Translations under genes and position numbers: made by a program | Origin: Promethearchaeota archaeon | GTDB lineage: Archaea; Asgardarchaeota; Lokiarchaeia; Sigyniarchaeales; SOKP01 | Assembly: GCA_029838195.1 (NCBI GenBank) | Contig: JALGVJ010000042.1 | Span: forward strand, 1-64,000 | Length of the DNA: 64,000 nt | Direction: 5' to 3' | Part shown: piece after piece, positions 10,924-21,259 of the stretch | Layout of the letters: each line of letters opens with the position of its first letter | Numbering within the stretch: the first letter of the stretch is position 1 | The notes under the pieces: generated by a model | What the model was told of the DNA's origin: nothing | Databases searched by the model: none | What the model saw: the letters and a program-made list of their open reading frames with translations, nothing else

Positions 10924-11697
10924 TTATTTAAATCCTTGACAAAATGCATTACAATTAATACCTAACACCTCATGATTATATCCGCCTTCAAGAAGAGCAA
11001 ATCGGCGGCCTTTACACGCTTTTTCCGAATAATATTTCATTAATTCCCCTAATTGCGTATAATCTTCTGGTGCTAATAGATTGCCCCAATCGTCTATTCC
11101 CTGGTCAAATCCAGCTGATGCGGCAAAAATATCTATATTTTTAAGAGATTGCATGTATTCTTCCACTTCTCTCAAATAATCTGCACGCGTGCTCGAACTT
11201 GGGTTTAGAATTTCTACCTTAAATCCATCAGTTCGATTCATTAAAATATTAATGTTTCCATCACCCGTATGGAGATCAAAATCAAGAATAAATGCCGATT
11301 TAATTTTCTTATCATGGAATAATTGTAGCAAGCTAATGCTCATATTGTTGAAATAGCAAAACCCCCAACAAGAATCGGCTGAAGCATGATGCCCGGGAGG
11401 GCGTATCAGGGCAAATGTGGGGGTACCCTCAAAGGCAAGTTCCGCTGCTAAAATTGCACCTCCCGCTGCTAAAGAAGCCAATTCAAATAATAGAGAATCC
11501 CGTTTAATGTAATTTAGATGGCGTTCGGTATGAGCTCGGAGGATTTGTTCTTCCGTGGCAGGAGCGGGGGTGATGAATTCATAATCTTTTTTATTTTTTA
11601 GAAGGATATTCATGATACTCTCAATTCTTCCCGGAGCAGCGGCAGGATCCATCGCATAATTAGAATTGTAAAATTTTTCATGAAAAACAATTTTCAT
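10924..11697 (-). CDS. Histone deacetylase / acetylpolyamine amidohydrolase family protein
   Basis: RPPGHHA, GFCYFNN, DFDLHTGDG, SAGFD, LEGGY. Confidence 0.93.
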   Translation of the reverse strand: MKIVFHEKFYNSNYAMDPAAAPGRIESIMNILLKNKKDYEFITPAPATEEQILRAHTERHLNYIKRDSLLFELASLAAGGAILAAELAFEGTPTFALIRPPGHHASADSCWGFCYFNNMSISLLQLFHDKKIKSAFILDFDLHTGDGNINILMNRTDGFKVEILNPSSSTRADYLREVEEYMQSLKNIDIFAASAGFDQGIDDWGNLLAPEDYTQLGELMKYYSEKACKGRRFALLEGGYNHEVLGINCNAFCQGFK

Positions 11698-11833
11698 TTT
11701 GCAAACCTCTAAATAATTTATAATGCTTAATATTTATCGTCTTAAACCAAAAAATAAATTTTGCATGTATCTAGAAATAATCACGAATATATGGTTTTTT
11801 TTAAAAAAAAATTTTAAAATTAAAAAAGAAAAA

Positions 11834-12427
11834 CTAAACCGGTTTGGCTAAAATAGCCTTCACTCGAAGTTTATCAAATGCACTAGTAGGAGCGGGTTTG
11901 ATGAGGCAGGCGGTGTCTGCGCCCCGTCCAGTTCCGGCTATGCAGATAATATCTCGATCTAAGTCTGGAATTAACCCAGCATCAGCAACCATGCTTGCTA
12001 TTTCAATGCATACTTTAGTACCTTGGCTAAATTGTTCACGGATATATTTAGCCATAAGGTCTACGAAGCACCATTGTTTCAAGGAAGTGCGAATGTTTCT
12101 CTCAATTCCACTCATCGCGTGAGTTGCTGTTAAAATCTTTGCTCCTTTACTTCTTAATTGTTCCATTTTAGTCTCATCGAACTCTTGTCGAGTCTTAATA
12201 TTGACAAAATAATAGCAATGAGTTACGATTATTAAATTATATTTGGCAGGATCAAATACGTTTAGAGCTTTTTCGGCAACCATTCCCCCGGTACTCGCTA
12301 CTACGATATCCTTGATATTTAGTTGATCTGCATGTTTTTTTGCTATTTCAAGGGTTGCATCCGTATTGTGAGGGCCGGCTTTCTCAAAACACGTTATTTC
12401 TAATTTAAGATCGGGCATTTTTTTCAT
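11834..12427 (-). CDS. Stand-alone pyruvate-kinase C-terminal (alpha/beta) domain protein
   Basis: GPHNTDATL, IVVASTGG, IIVTH, THAMSGIER, SQGTKVCIEIASMVADAG, IAGTGRGADTA. Confidence 0.85.
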   Translation of the reverse strand: MKKMPDLKLEITCFEKAGPHNTDATLEIAKKHADQLNIKDIVVASTGGMVAEKALNVFDPAKYNLIIVTHCYYFVNIKTRQEFDETKMEQLRSKGAKILTATHAMSGIERNIRTSLKQWCFVDLMAKYIREQFSQGTKVCIEIASMVADAGLIPDLDRDIICIAGTGRGADTACLIKPAPTSAFDKLRVKAILAKPV

Positions 12428-12894
12428 AAACCTCGTTTATTTAATAATTCATGGGTATAGTAATGAAAAATGATAAAAGAATTATTAAAGTATTTAAATC
12501 CGTTTTATGTGGAGATATTTATTAAATCTTTTAATTTTTATGAGAGGAATGGGTTTTTCCTTATCAATTAAACATTTTGAAGTGTTAATTAATCATATAA
12601 CGCATTAAAATAAGTACATTCGATTTTAATGATTGATATACGTTATAGTTGAACATTGAGAGAAATTTTAACTTTTAATGATAAGAAGAAAAGGGAATAA
12701 TTAATCATGAGAGTTTCTTGAAACTGCGTACTCTCGCGAATTTGTATTACTAAGAGAGAGGAATTAAATTTATTAATTATTTTTACCATATGAAGATAAA
12801 AATTAAAAAAAATATTTTTTTTTAGAGGAAGAGCAATGCTATGTAAAAAGCTCTTTTTCTAATTTATTTACATGCTTGAAAATAAACGGTACTA

Positions 12895-14454
12895 ATGAAT
12901 GGGCTGGTATTAAGTTATTTCGATAATATATTGGGTCCAAGGGTATTTTTAAAGGCGCCCGAATCAATAAGTAATTCTGATCTTGAAATATTACCTTCCT
13001 TAATGGACTTAAATGAAAATGGATTTTTTGTCCACATAACGGATAAATTTAAAAGCGTAAATTTAATTTTTAATATTTTTAGTGAATATGCTCGGGGAAA
13101 GAAAGAAATTTTATTAATTTCAATAGTCACGGATATCAATAACGAGATAAATCTCAAGTTATCGCGAGAATTACTAGAAGCTTTTGCCAAGCAAATTAAA
13201 AACGTGAAAGAAGGATATAAAGCCTTTCATAGCAATACTTCTCGACATGAATTTGATGCGGAAAAGTTGCAGGAAATTAAACAAATTTTTTATACGTTTT
13301 ATAACTCGTTCGAGCCCTCTCTTAATGCATTAAAAGAAGCAGAACTTAGGTATAAAACATTATTTGACCGGGCACGGGATGCAATTATCATTATTAATTA
13401 TAAAACCGAGCAAGTTATAGATATGAATCATGAAGCAGAAAAGATCTTAGGATTAAACAGGTATGAGGTAAGGGGTCTAAAACCTTCAATTTTTCATTTT
13501 GAGGACGACTATGAAGAAATTAAGAAAAATATTATTGATATGGCAAGAAGGGGCGATGCTCCTCCTTTAGAAAGTCGCATTAAGAATTCAAGAGGCGAGT
13601 CTATTCCGGTGGAATATAACGCTTCAAGAGTAAAGATTGGAGAAGAAAGATTAGTCCAAGTAATATTTAGAGACATTACAGAGCGAAAATTAGCAGAACG
13701 AGAGATGAAAAAGAAAGAACGCGAATTATTTGACGAAAATAAGAAACTAAGTGCTTTATACGGTATTTCTAAGTTAGCAGAAAACATGCATCTTTCCTTA
13801 CCCGAAATTTTTGAAATTACTTTAAAACTAGTTCAAGGAGCTTTTAATTCTCCTGAACAAGCGGGTATAAAACTCAAATTTAAGGGAAATGAATATAAAA
13901 CGCATAATTTTATTGAAGGACAAGAATTAATTACATCGTCAATCAAAATAAATGGTGATTTTTTAGAACTTCAAGCTTCTTATCCTTTAAACAAAAAATT
14001 TACTGATGAGGAAAATTACATTCTTTATGATATTTCGAACCGATTAAAACAAATTTTAATAATTAGAGAGATTGCGTTAGAAAGGGAGCGAACTAAAAAG
14101 AAAATTTTGGACATTAAAAAACAGTATCATATGATTTTAGAAAACACCTCCGATGGAATATGGATCGTGGATACGAAGGGCATGGTAATCTTTATGAATT
14201 CAACGATGCTAAATATATTGGGATATGAGAAAAAAGATGTTATAAAAAAGTCGTTTTTTAACCTTTTAAAAGATGGAAATAAGAAACACCTTCAAAATGT
14301 ATTAAATAATTGGACAAAAAAAACTAAAAATCAATATGATTTTCTACTAAAATCTAAAGAAGGGAACACCATTCCCGTTCACGTGGAAAGCTATTTCATA
14401 CCTGATAAATCAAGAGAAAATGATAATATCATGGTATTTTTCTTAAAAAAATAA
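12895..14454 (+). CDS. uDENN/longin-like N-terminal domain fused to two PAS domains; no kinase domain
   Basis: N-terminal SYFDNILGPRV; PAS S-boxes RYKTLFDRARDAIII...IFRDITERK and YHMILENTSDGIWIVD; no H-box. Confidence 0.8.
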   Translation: MNGLVLSYFDNILGPRVFLKAPESISNSDLEILPSLMDLNENGFFVHITDKFKSVNLIFNIFSEYARGKKEILLISIVTDINNEINLKLSRELLEAFAKQIKNVKEGYKAFHSNTSRHEFDAEKLQEIKQIFYTFYNSFEPSLNALKEAELRYKTLFDRARDAIIIINYKTEQVIDMNHEAEKILGLNRYEVRGLKPSIFHFEDDYEEIKKNIIDMARRGDAPPLESRIKNSRGESIPVEYNASRVKIGEERLVQVIFRDITERKLAEREMKKKERELFDENKKLSALYGISKLAENMHLSLPEIFEITLKLVQGAFNSPEQAGIKLKFKGNEYKTHNFIEGQELITSSIKINGDFLELQASYPLNKKFTDEENYILYDISNRLKQILIIREIALERERTKKKILDIKKQYHMILENTSDGIWIVDTKGMVIFMNSTMLNILGYEKKDVIKKSFFNLLKDGNKKHLQNVLNNWTKKTKNQYDFLLKSKEGNTIPVHVESYFIPDKSRENDNIMVFFLKK

Positions 14455-14798
14455 AGTGAGATATGGTTTTAAAATCCTCATTCTTTTATTAACCATTAAT
14501 TTAACCTTTATCTGGTTTAATTTTTAATCATGAAATGGTAATTAATTCTCGCCTTCTAAAATCTCTCAAGATCAATTAAAGACAAAATTTTACGATAGAA
14601 AACGTTTTCTAAATAAAATATTTCCATTTTCATGCTCCAATTTCAGAGAGAGAAAATAAAATAGAATAATGTCGGAATTCTGTCGTGTTAAAATACTTTA
14701 AATTAAATATCTTTACGCAAAAACAAAAATAATTAATAAGATGATAACCATAAGAAATATGATGGAAGAATAAAACTTTATCACAAAAAAATTTCAAC

Positions 14799-15287
14799 AT
14801 GACCTCCGAAAAAGAAAATATATTAATAAATAAATTTTATGAAGAAACCGGTAAACATGCCATATGGGGCGATAGAATAACTAAGCAATACAAGGAATGG
14901 AAACGAAGTCAAATTAATTCGCTAAAAATAGAAAAAATTTTTTCAAAATTGAAAGATATTGAACATCGATTATCCGTTTTAGAAAATCACCTTTTTCCTT
15001 CTTCTAAAAAGACAATATCAAAAGAAGTTTCTCAAGAACACTTTTTGCGCATTCTTCGGGTGGTTTACGATTCATGCGAGAAAAAACTTGGCGATTTTAT
15101 TCCCATTTCAGATTTAACGGAGAAAATTAAAGAATATTTGCCCTTGACAACGGACTCCATTCATGAACATTTATATGAGCTATTCATGGAATATGAAATC
15201 GATTTACAACCGGGAAAGAATACTTTTGGAGGAAAACCACTTGTCCAAGATGGCAAGACCTTTGTTTGGTTTAAATTTAAAAATTAA
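14799..15287 (+). CDS. Small protein with coiled coil and C-terminal winged-helix-like domain
   Basis: FIPISDLTEKIKEYLPLTTDSIHEHLYELFMEYEIDLQPG pattern; 34 bp upstream of an ATPase gene. Confidence 0.65.
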   Translation: MTSEKENILINKFYEETGKHAIWGDRITKQYKEWKRSQINSLKIEKIFSKLKDIEHRLSVLENHLFPSSKKTISKEVSQEHFLRILRVVYDSCEKKLGDFIPISDLTEKIKEYLPLTTDSIHEHLYELFMEYEIDLQPGKNTFGGKPLVQDGKTFVWFKFKN

Positions 15288-15321
15288 GGTTTATAAAAAT
15301 TATTTTTAAGAAAAAAGAATC

Positions 15322-17460
15322 ATGACTTTAGAAGAAATTAAAGAAACAAAGAGTTGGGTAAAAAATTGCACCAGTATTTTATTAGATCCTAAAAATCCTA
15401 ATCCCTTTCCTACGCCTCCCTTCGCTACTAACTTTTACAACAATCCCCCGCAGTTTTGTTTAGGAAGAGAAAAATATGAACAAGAGTTATTGAAAGCAAT
15501 ATTAAAAAGCATGGAATCTCCCCAGCCTCAACTGATTCGCATCATGGGAAAACAAGGTATTGGAAAATCCACGCTAATTTGCTGGAGCGCTAAAAAATTG
15601 AGTGAAATGCACCCTGTCCCGATTATCTACATGGAAACAAGTGCTCAATCGGAAGATTTTAACATGCGTTCTCTTTACAGGCAGATGATCGATAAAATGG
15701 AAAAATCAGGATTTAGTGAACAATTACTCATCAATTCGATTAAAAAGTTTTTCACCATATCTAAAGAAAACCAAACGCTTTACAAGCAATTAATAGAGCA
15801 ATTCTCTAATGAAACGATTGAAAAATTAATAGAGGATTCGAACTTTATTAAAAATAAAATTTTCGAGGAAGAATTTAATTCTCTCCTTTTAAAAGTAGTG
15901 AATGGAAATGCTATAATGTTAACAAAATTCCTTCCTTTTGATCTATCCATTCTTTTAATTTTTTGGAAGGCTCATGTACAAAATCCCGATGCATTGAAAG
16001 CTTTAAATGCTTTCAAGGGTACTGCTAATTTTGACGGTTATACCGTGGAAACGGATAATGATGCATCAAAATACATTGATGCATTATTAGAATTCATACG
16101 CTGGGCGTTTGATGAGACCACGACAACCATTATCATATTCGATCATTTAGAAGCCGGCATCTCCCAGGACAAGGAAGCCGTTTTCTCCAATTTATTTAGT
16201 TTATTATTAAATTTGCGACAAAAAAAATATTTGACAATCATTCTTTCAGGCACTTTGGATGCGTATTTTACATTTGATGAGATTTTACAAGAAGATCAAC
16301 GCTTACAATTAGATAATTGGTCAACCACCATAGCATTACAGACCTTAGAACCGGAAGAAGTTATCGAAATCATTAATAAATATTTGATGAATTTTTGGGA
16401 ACAATTTGAAGATTCTCCGCCCCCTGCTAAATCTTTATTTCCGTTTGGAATGAATAGTATCAAGTATCTATATGAAAATCATGCCCAAGATCTCCGTCGT
16501 ACTTTAAAATTTTTATATACGTTAATTGAAAAATATCGCAAGAATCGAAAACTGGAGTATATTGACAATTTTTTTAAAGCTTTCAGAGCCTTTCGCCAAA
16601 GAAATGATTTATTGCTCTCCTATATCGAGAAAAAGGAGTTGAAAACCTTAATATTAAACTCTCCATACCATGACGAGGAGAAAAATGCTTTAATCTTACG
16701 GAAATTGGGAGAATTTTTCAAAATTTTGAGCTCTCATCCAGACTATTCTTTTATAAAACACGTTTCTGTATCGCCGTTTGGCATGAGTGTGGAATTTTTA
16801 ATATCAGAAAAGAGTGGGGAAACTAAAAAATTAGGGTTTTTAACAAATATTTCAGCTACTTCAAGCACCATGACTAAGAATGCCATCCTTCGTGCTCATG
16901 AATTTTTAAAGACCCACGAGGTAGATTATTTAACATGGTTGACAACGGTAAAATCTCAGTTAGATATTGATTTCGGGACCTCAAAAAATTCTCATGTCCA
17001 CGTTCTAAGGAAATCTCCTTTAACGGATTTAGAATTGGCATATTTATCTTTCATCCTCTTTTTTGAAGATATTCAAGAAAGAGCGCCTAATATTGAGGAA
17101 ATTGAATTTATATTGAATAAACTTGATTTATCTCCCTTGAAATTAAAAATTAAATTAACAGAAATACTGCCCACGGAGGAGGATTTAAACCTCGAGGAGA
17201 TGGAAGTAAAACAAGAGACTCGTCCCGTCCAAGCGTTTGAAATCGGTCCTGAAGAAATAAAAACCGCCGTAGAAAAATACCTTAAAGAAAAAGCAACCAC
17301 CTATAAGAAAATCATATCCTCTACAACAATCAAAGAAATAAAGATGAGGTTAAATTTAGACATTCACGATACTCAATGGGATGAAGATATATGGAATATC
17401 ACGATGGATTTAAGTAAGGACATGTGTAAAAAACAGACCCCGAAGTCAATTTATTTTTAA
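15322..17460 (+). CDS. P-loop AAA+-type ATPase
   Basis: Walker A GKQGIGKS, Walker B IIIFDHLE, downstream LFPF and DLRRTL sensor-like motifs. Confidence 0.85.
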   Translation: MTLEEIKETKSWVKNCTSILLDPKNPNPFPTPPFATNFYNNPPQFCLGREKYEQELLKAILKSMESPQPQLIRIMGKQGIGKSTLICWSAKKLSEMHPVPIIYMETSAQSEDFNMRSLYRQMIDKMEKSGFSEQLLINSIKKFFTISKENQTLYKQLIEQFSNETIEKLIEDSNFIKNKIFEEEFNSLLLKVVNGNAIMLTKFLPFDLSILLIFWKAHVQNPDALKALNAFKGTANFDGYTVETDNDASKYIDALLEFIRWAFDETTTTIIIFDHLEAGISQDKEAVFSNLFSLLLNLRQKKYLTIILSGTLDAYFTFDEILQEDQRLQLDNWSTTIALQTLEPEEVIEIINKYLMNFWEQFEDSPPPAKSLFPFGMNSIKYLYENHAQDLRRTLKFLYTLIEKYRKNRKLEYIDNFFKAFRAFRQRNDLLLSYIEKKELKTLILNSPYHDEEKNALILRKLGEFFKILSSHPDYSFIKHVSVSPFGMSVEFLISEKSGETKKLGFLTNISATSSTMTKNAILRAHEFLKTHEVDYLTWLTTVKSQLDIDFGTSKNSHVHVLRKSPLTDLELAYLSFILFFEDIQERAPNIEEIEFILNKLDLSPLKLKIKLTEILPTEEDLNLEEMEVKQETRPVQAFEIGPEEIKTAVEKYLKEKATTYKKIISSTTIKEIKMRLNLDIHDTQWDEDIWNITMDLSKDMCKKQTPKSIYF

Positions 17461-17561
17461 TCCATTTTTCCGTTATTTCTGCCTTTTTTTCATGAATTTG
17501 CGAGGATAATTCTAAAATTATTTCCTAATTTTTTATATACATTAAATTCGTTTAAACGATC

Positions 17562-19964
17562 ATGAAAAACACGATTACACAATTTTATGGTCAAGTTCTA
17601 TTAGAACCAACTGGAGAATTCATCGCAGGTACGCATGCGACATTCCATCTTAAATATATTGCAGGAAAATATGGAATGGATGATCTTGGCGGGCTCAAAA
17701 TATTATTTCGATTTGCTTGCGATCAAAGTCCCCTTCAAACGACACATCCAAAAGAACTGGGATATATTAGTGCTTGGGCTTCAAATGGAGCTGGTCTCGA
17801 ATTATCTTATCATGCAAGAGAAGGAGAAAGACCATGGTATAAGGTACTTCGAGTTAGGATTGTCGGAAAGGGATTGAAAGAAGGAGACGAAATTAATTTA
17901 ATTTTAGGAGATAAATCAAAGGGATCGCCGGGAATGCGCTTGCAAACTTTTTGTGAACCCTTTTTCGAATTTCGAACCATGGTGGATGCCTTTTCAACAA
18001 ATGTTTTCATACCAGTTCCAAGTCCAAAAATTTCTTTAATAAGTGGTCCGCCTTATCAATGGCGTGCATATCTTCCCACGGTCATTCATGAAAAGGAAGT
18101 TTTTTCGCTTAAATTCAGAGCTGAAGATAAATGGGGAAATCCCACGGATAAAGCAAACTTAAAAATTTTTTTTAAATCTACTCATCCAATCAAGGGACTT
18201 CCTCGTTCTTACCATATAAAAGAAGGAAATTTCGGTCACATTATTGAGGGCTTACAACTAGGTAAGGACCTTCCGGTATTTCAATCTTTTGAGGATCAAA
18301 TTATTTATATCGATCTTTTTGATTCTAACTCTAATCATCTCGCAAGAACTAATCCCATGGTGTTCATTACCAAAAATAAAGAATATTTCAAGCATTATTG
18401 GGGAGATCTTCACGCCCAGTCCGAAGAAACCATTGGAACTAATTCAGCCGAAATGTTTTTCAAATTTGCAAGAGATCATGCTTTTTTGGACATTATAGGC
18501 CATCAAGGGAATGATTTTCAAATAACAAAAGAATTATGGCGTGAATTAAATGAACTTTCGAATAATTATCACGAAAAAAATAAATTTATTCCGCTTTTTG
18601 GATATGAATATTCCGCAAATACTTCTTTAGGTGGCGATCATAATGTCTATTTCTTAAAACCCCACCAGCAAATCCATCGCTCCTCTCATGCGTTGATTTC
18701 AGATAAAGATGATTTAGAATCCGATTGTCTCACGGCCTCTGAATTATTCTCTACATTATTATCGGAACACCCAACTGGTCAAAAATCAATGATTGTCATT
18801 CCTCACGTAGGAGGACGATATGCAGATATTACCCATCATTTTGAGAGAAAAATTGAGCCTTCCATTGAAATTCATTCTGCGTGGGGAACTTTTGAATGGC
18901 TTTTACATGATGCCTTTGACATGGGGTATCGAGTGGGAATAGTCGCAAATAGCGATGACCACAAGGGACGTCCGGGAATAGGGTATCCCGGAGCATCAAA
19001 ATTCGGCACGCAAGGAGGATTAACATGCTTTCTTACTTCTGAATTAACCCGTGAAAGCATTTTTAAAGCCTTATCCTTACGAAAGCATTATGCAACTACT
19101 GGCGAGCGGATATTTTTAGATATAAGAGGTACATTAAATTGTCCATGCAGATATCATGAACAAGATCCTTTAGCTGGTCTATCCGATGCTTCTGAACCAA
19201 AATTAGTCAAGGAAGTCATGATGGGGGATATTATTGAGATTCCTGAAAATAAAAATATCACGGTAAATTTATCAATTCTAATTGCGAGCGCTACACCAAT
19301 CGAAAGAATTGAAATTTTTAATGGGAAATCTTTATTAAAAACAATTCGACCCTATTTATCGGCAAGTAAAACTGAGGAATACTTAAAAATTAATACAGAT
19401 TCGACCAAAACAAACTCTATTTTCCAAGTACACGATACTGATCTGCCCGAGAATTTCCCAAGAATTAGAATTCAATGGCAAGGAGCAGAGTTTCGTGCTC
19501 GCAAACGAAATTGCATGTGGAAAGGCACGATTGAATTTGTCGGAAACGAGATTCTCTCTACTCATCCTTTTAATTTTTGGAATCAAGACTCTCCCTTGCA
19601 AATCGTCTCGAAAAACAAAATTTCATGGAATACATATACGGCAGGAAATATTCAAGGATTTTATGTTGATCTTTTCCAACCCTTTAAAGGTAAGCTGTTA
19701 TTTACTTCCAATCAAATTGATTTTGAATTACCCCTTCAAGAGATCTCTTTAAATGATACCATTTTTAAAATTGAGGGAGGAATTGATAAAAAGGTATCGC
19801 TTAACCGATATCCGAAAATTAATCCCCATTGTAATTTTAAAACAAAAATAGATTTGCCAATTAACCCGAAAATCAATCAAGACCATAGAATTTTCGTGAA
19901 AATCACGTTGGAAAACGGACATCAAGCATGGTCAAGTCCAATTTATTTTATCAAAAAATCATGA
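17562..19964 (+). CDS. DUF3604-family PHP-like metallohydrolase
   Basis: YWGDLHAQSEET, GYEYSAN...GGDHNV, IPHVGGR, EIHSAWG, NSDDHKGRPG, YATTG, AWSSPI. Confidence 0.85.
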   Translation: MKNTITQFYGQVLLEPTGEFIAGTHATFHLKYIAGKYGMDDLGGLKILFRFACDQSPLQTTHPKELGYISAWASNGAGLELSYHAREGERPWYKVLRVRIVGKGLKEGDEINLILGDKSKGSPGMRLQTFCEPFFEFRTMVDAFSTNVFIPVPSPKISLISGPPYQWRAYLPTVIHEKEVFSLKFRAEDKWGNPTDKANLKIFFKSTHPIKGLPRSYHIKEGNFGHIIEGLQLGKDLPVFQSFEDQIIYIDLFDSNSNHLARTNPMVFITKNKEYFKHYWGDLHAQSEETIGTNSAEMFFKFARDHAFLDIIGHQGNDFQITKELWRELNELSNNYHEKNKFIPLFGYEYSANTSLGGDHNVYFLKPHQQIHRSSHALISDKDDLESDCLTASELFSTLLSEHPTGQKSMIVIPHVGGRYADITHHFERKIEPSIEIHSAWGTFEWLLHDAFDMGYRVGIVANSDDHKGRPGIGYPGASKFGTQGGLTCFLTSELTRESIFKALSLRKHYATTGERIFLDIRGTLNCPCRYHEQDPLAGLSDASEPKLVKEVMMGDIIEIPENKNITVNLSILIASATPIERIEIFNGKSLLKTIRPYLSASKTEEYLKINTDSTKTNSIFQVHDTDLPENFPRIRIQWQGAEFRARKRNCMWKGTIEFVGNEILSTHPFNFWNQDSPLQIVSKNKISWNTYTAGNIQGFYVDLFQPFKGKLLFTSNQIDFELPLQEISLNDTIFKIEGGIDKKVSLNRYPKINPHCNFKTKIDLPINPKINQDHRIFVKITLENGHQAWSSPIYFIKKS

Positions 19965-20287
19965 ACGAAATAAATATTTCTTGAGAGAAGTAAATTAGGA
20001 ATAAAATAAATCCTAAAAAAATAAATGAGATTATTTTTCATTTTAACAGAAAAAAGCTTCTTTCTTTAACATAAACTATCTTTAATTTAGAAAATTTAAA
20101 CGAATCAGTTGCTATAGACATTGTAATGATGGGATTATATATAATGTAATTCATGAATCAGAATTTTTAAGAAAAGTGGAAAATAAAAATAGTTAATAAA
20201 AATTTCAGAGTGCAATAAAAATTAGATTCTTAAATCATTACACGTTTGATTTTTTAAAAAAAAATTACATGAACTGCTAAAAAATCA

Positions 20288-21157
20288 ATGTTTCGTAGTC
20301 AAGATTGGATAAATCAAGCCAAATCCGATTTAAATGCCATGGAAAATCTATTTCATTCTCAAAATTATTCTTGGTCGTGTTTCTTAGCTCAACAAGCTGC
20401 AGAAAAAGCAATTAAAGGATTGGGAGAAGTTTATAATTTAGCTTTATGGAGTCATGACTTAATCGACCTTCTAAAACAATTAGAAGAATTTATCGAAATT
20501 CCAAATAACATGATGGACCATTGTAGTATCTTAAATTTATATCATATCGCAACAAGATATCATGATCCTTTCACAAGTGGATATCCTTCTGAAAAATTTT
20601 CGAAATATCAAGCTGAACAAGCCATAAATTATGTAAAAGAGGTTGTTGTTTTTGTTGAAAAAAAATACAATATTATAGAAAAAATCTTGATAAAACATCC
20701 AAAAAAAGATAATTTAATTGATTTTTTAAATGCTTTCTTCTCTTCTTTTTCTGCTGAATTCATTATCCTTTTTGGATCAAGTGCGAAAGGCAATTATAAT
20801 TATAGAAGTGATTTGGATTTATTAATTATAAGCGATATGATTACTGGAAATTATTTTGATAGATTATATAAATTACAAAAAATAAGCCCTGGTGGTATTG
20901 ATTTCTTTATATATAATAAGGCAGAATTCGACCAAATGGTAAAAAATTATCACCTAATTGCTTTAGAAGCTCTTTCAGAAGGAATTATCTTATATGATAA
21001 TAATAGATTGGGAAAGAAATATAAAAATGAAATAAAGAAAAGGAGAGATGAAAAAATAATTCAAAAATGCACGAGAGGCTGGAAAATTAATCGCGACTTT
21101 ATAAATAAAAAATATTTTCTATTAGAAACAAGGTTTTTAAAATACAGAAAAATTTAG
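20288..21157 (+). CDS. HEPN domain fused to minimal nucleotidyltransferase (HEPN-MNT toxin-antitoxin-like)
   Basis: CFLAQQAAEKAIK, SHDL, TRY (HEPN); ILFGSSAKGNYNYRSDLDL (MNT GSx10DxD); junction lies on an A8 run at 20658-20665. Confidence 0.88.
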   Translation: MFRSQDWINQAKSDLNAMENLFHSQNYSWSCFLAQQAAEKAIKGLGEVYNLALWSHDLIDLLKQLEEFIEIPNNMMDHCSILNLYHIATRYHDPFTSGYPSEKFSKYQAEQAINYVKEVVVFVEKKYNIIEKILIKHPKKDNLIDFLNAFFSSFSAEFIILFGSSAKGNYNYRSDLDLLIISDMITGNYFDRLYKLQKISPGGIDFFIYNKAEFDQMVKNYHLIALEALSEGIILYDNNRLGKKYKNEIKKRRDEKIIQKCTRGWKINRDFINKKYFLLETRFLKYRKI

Positions 21158-21259
21158 CTGAAACTGAAATTCTTTTTTAATGCCTCATTGTATTTATTTC
21201 AATTCCGAAATAAAAAGGAAAAAACTTTAAAGTTAATGAGTTAGAGTTTTTTTTAAAGA

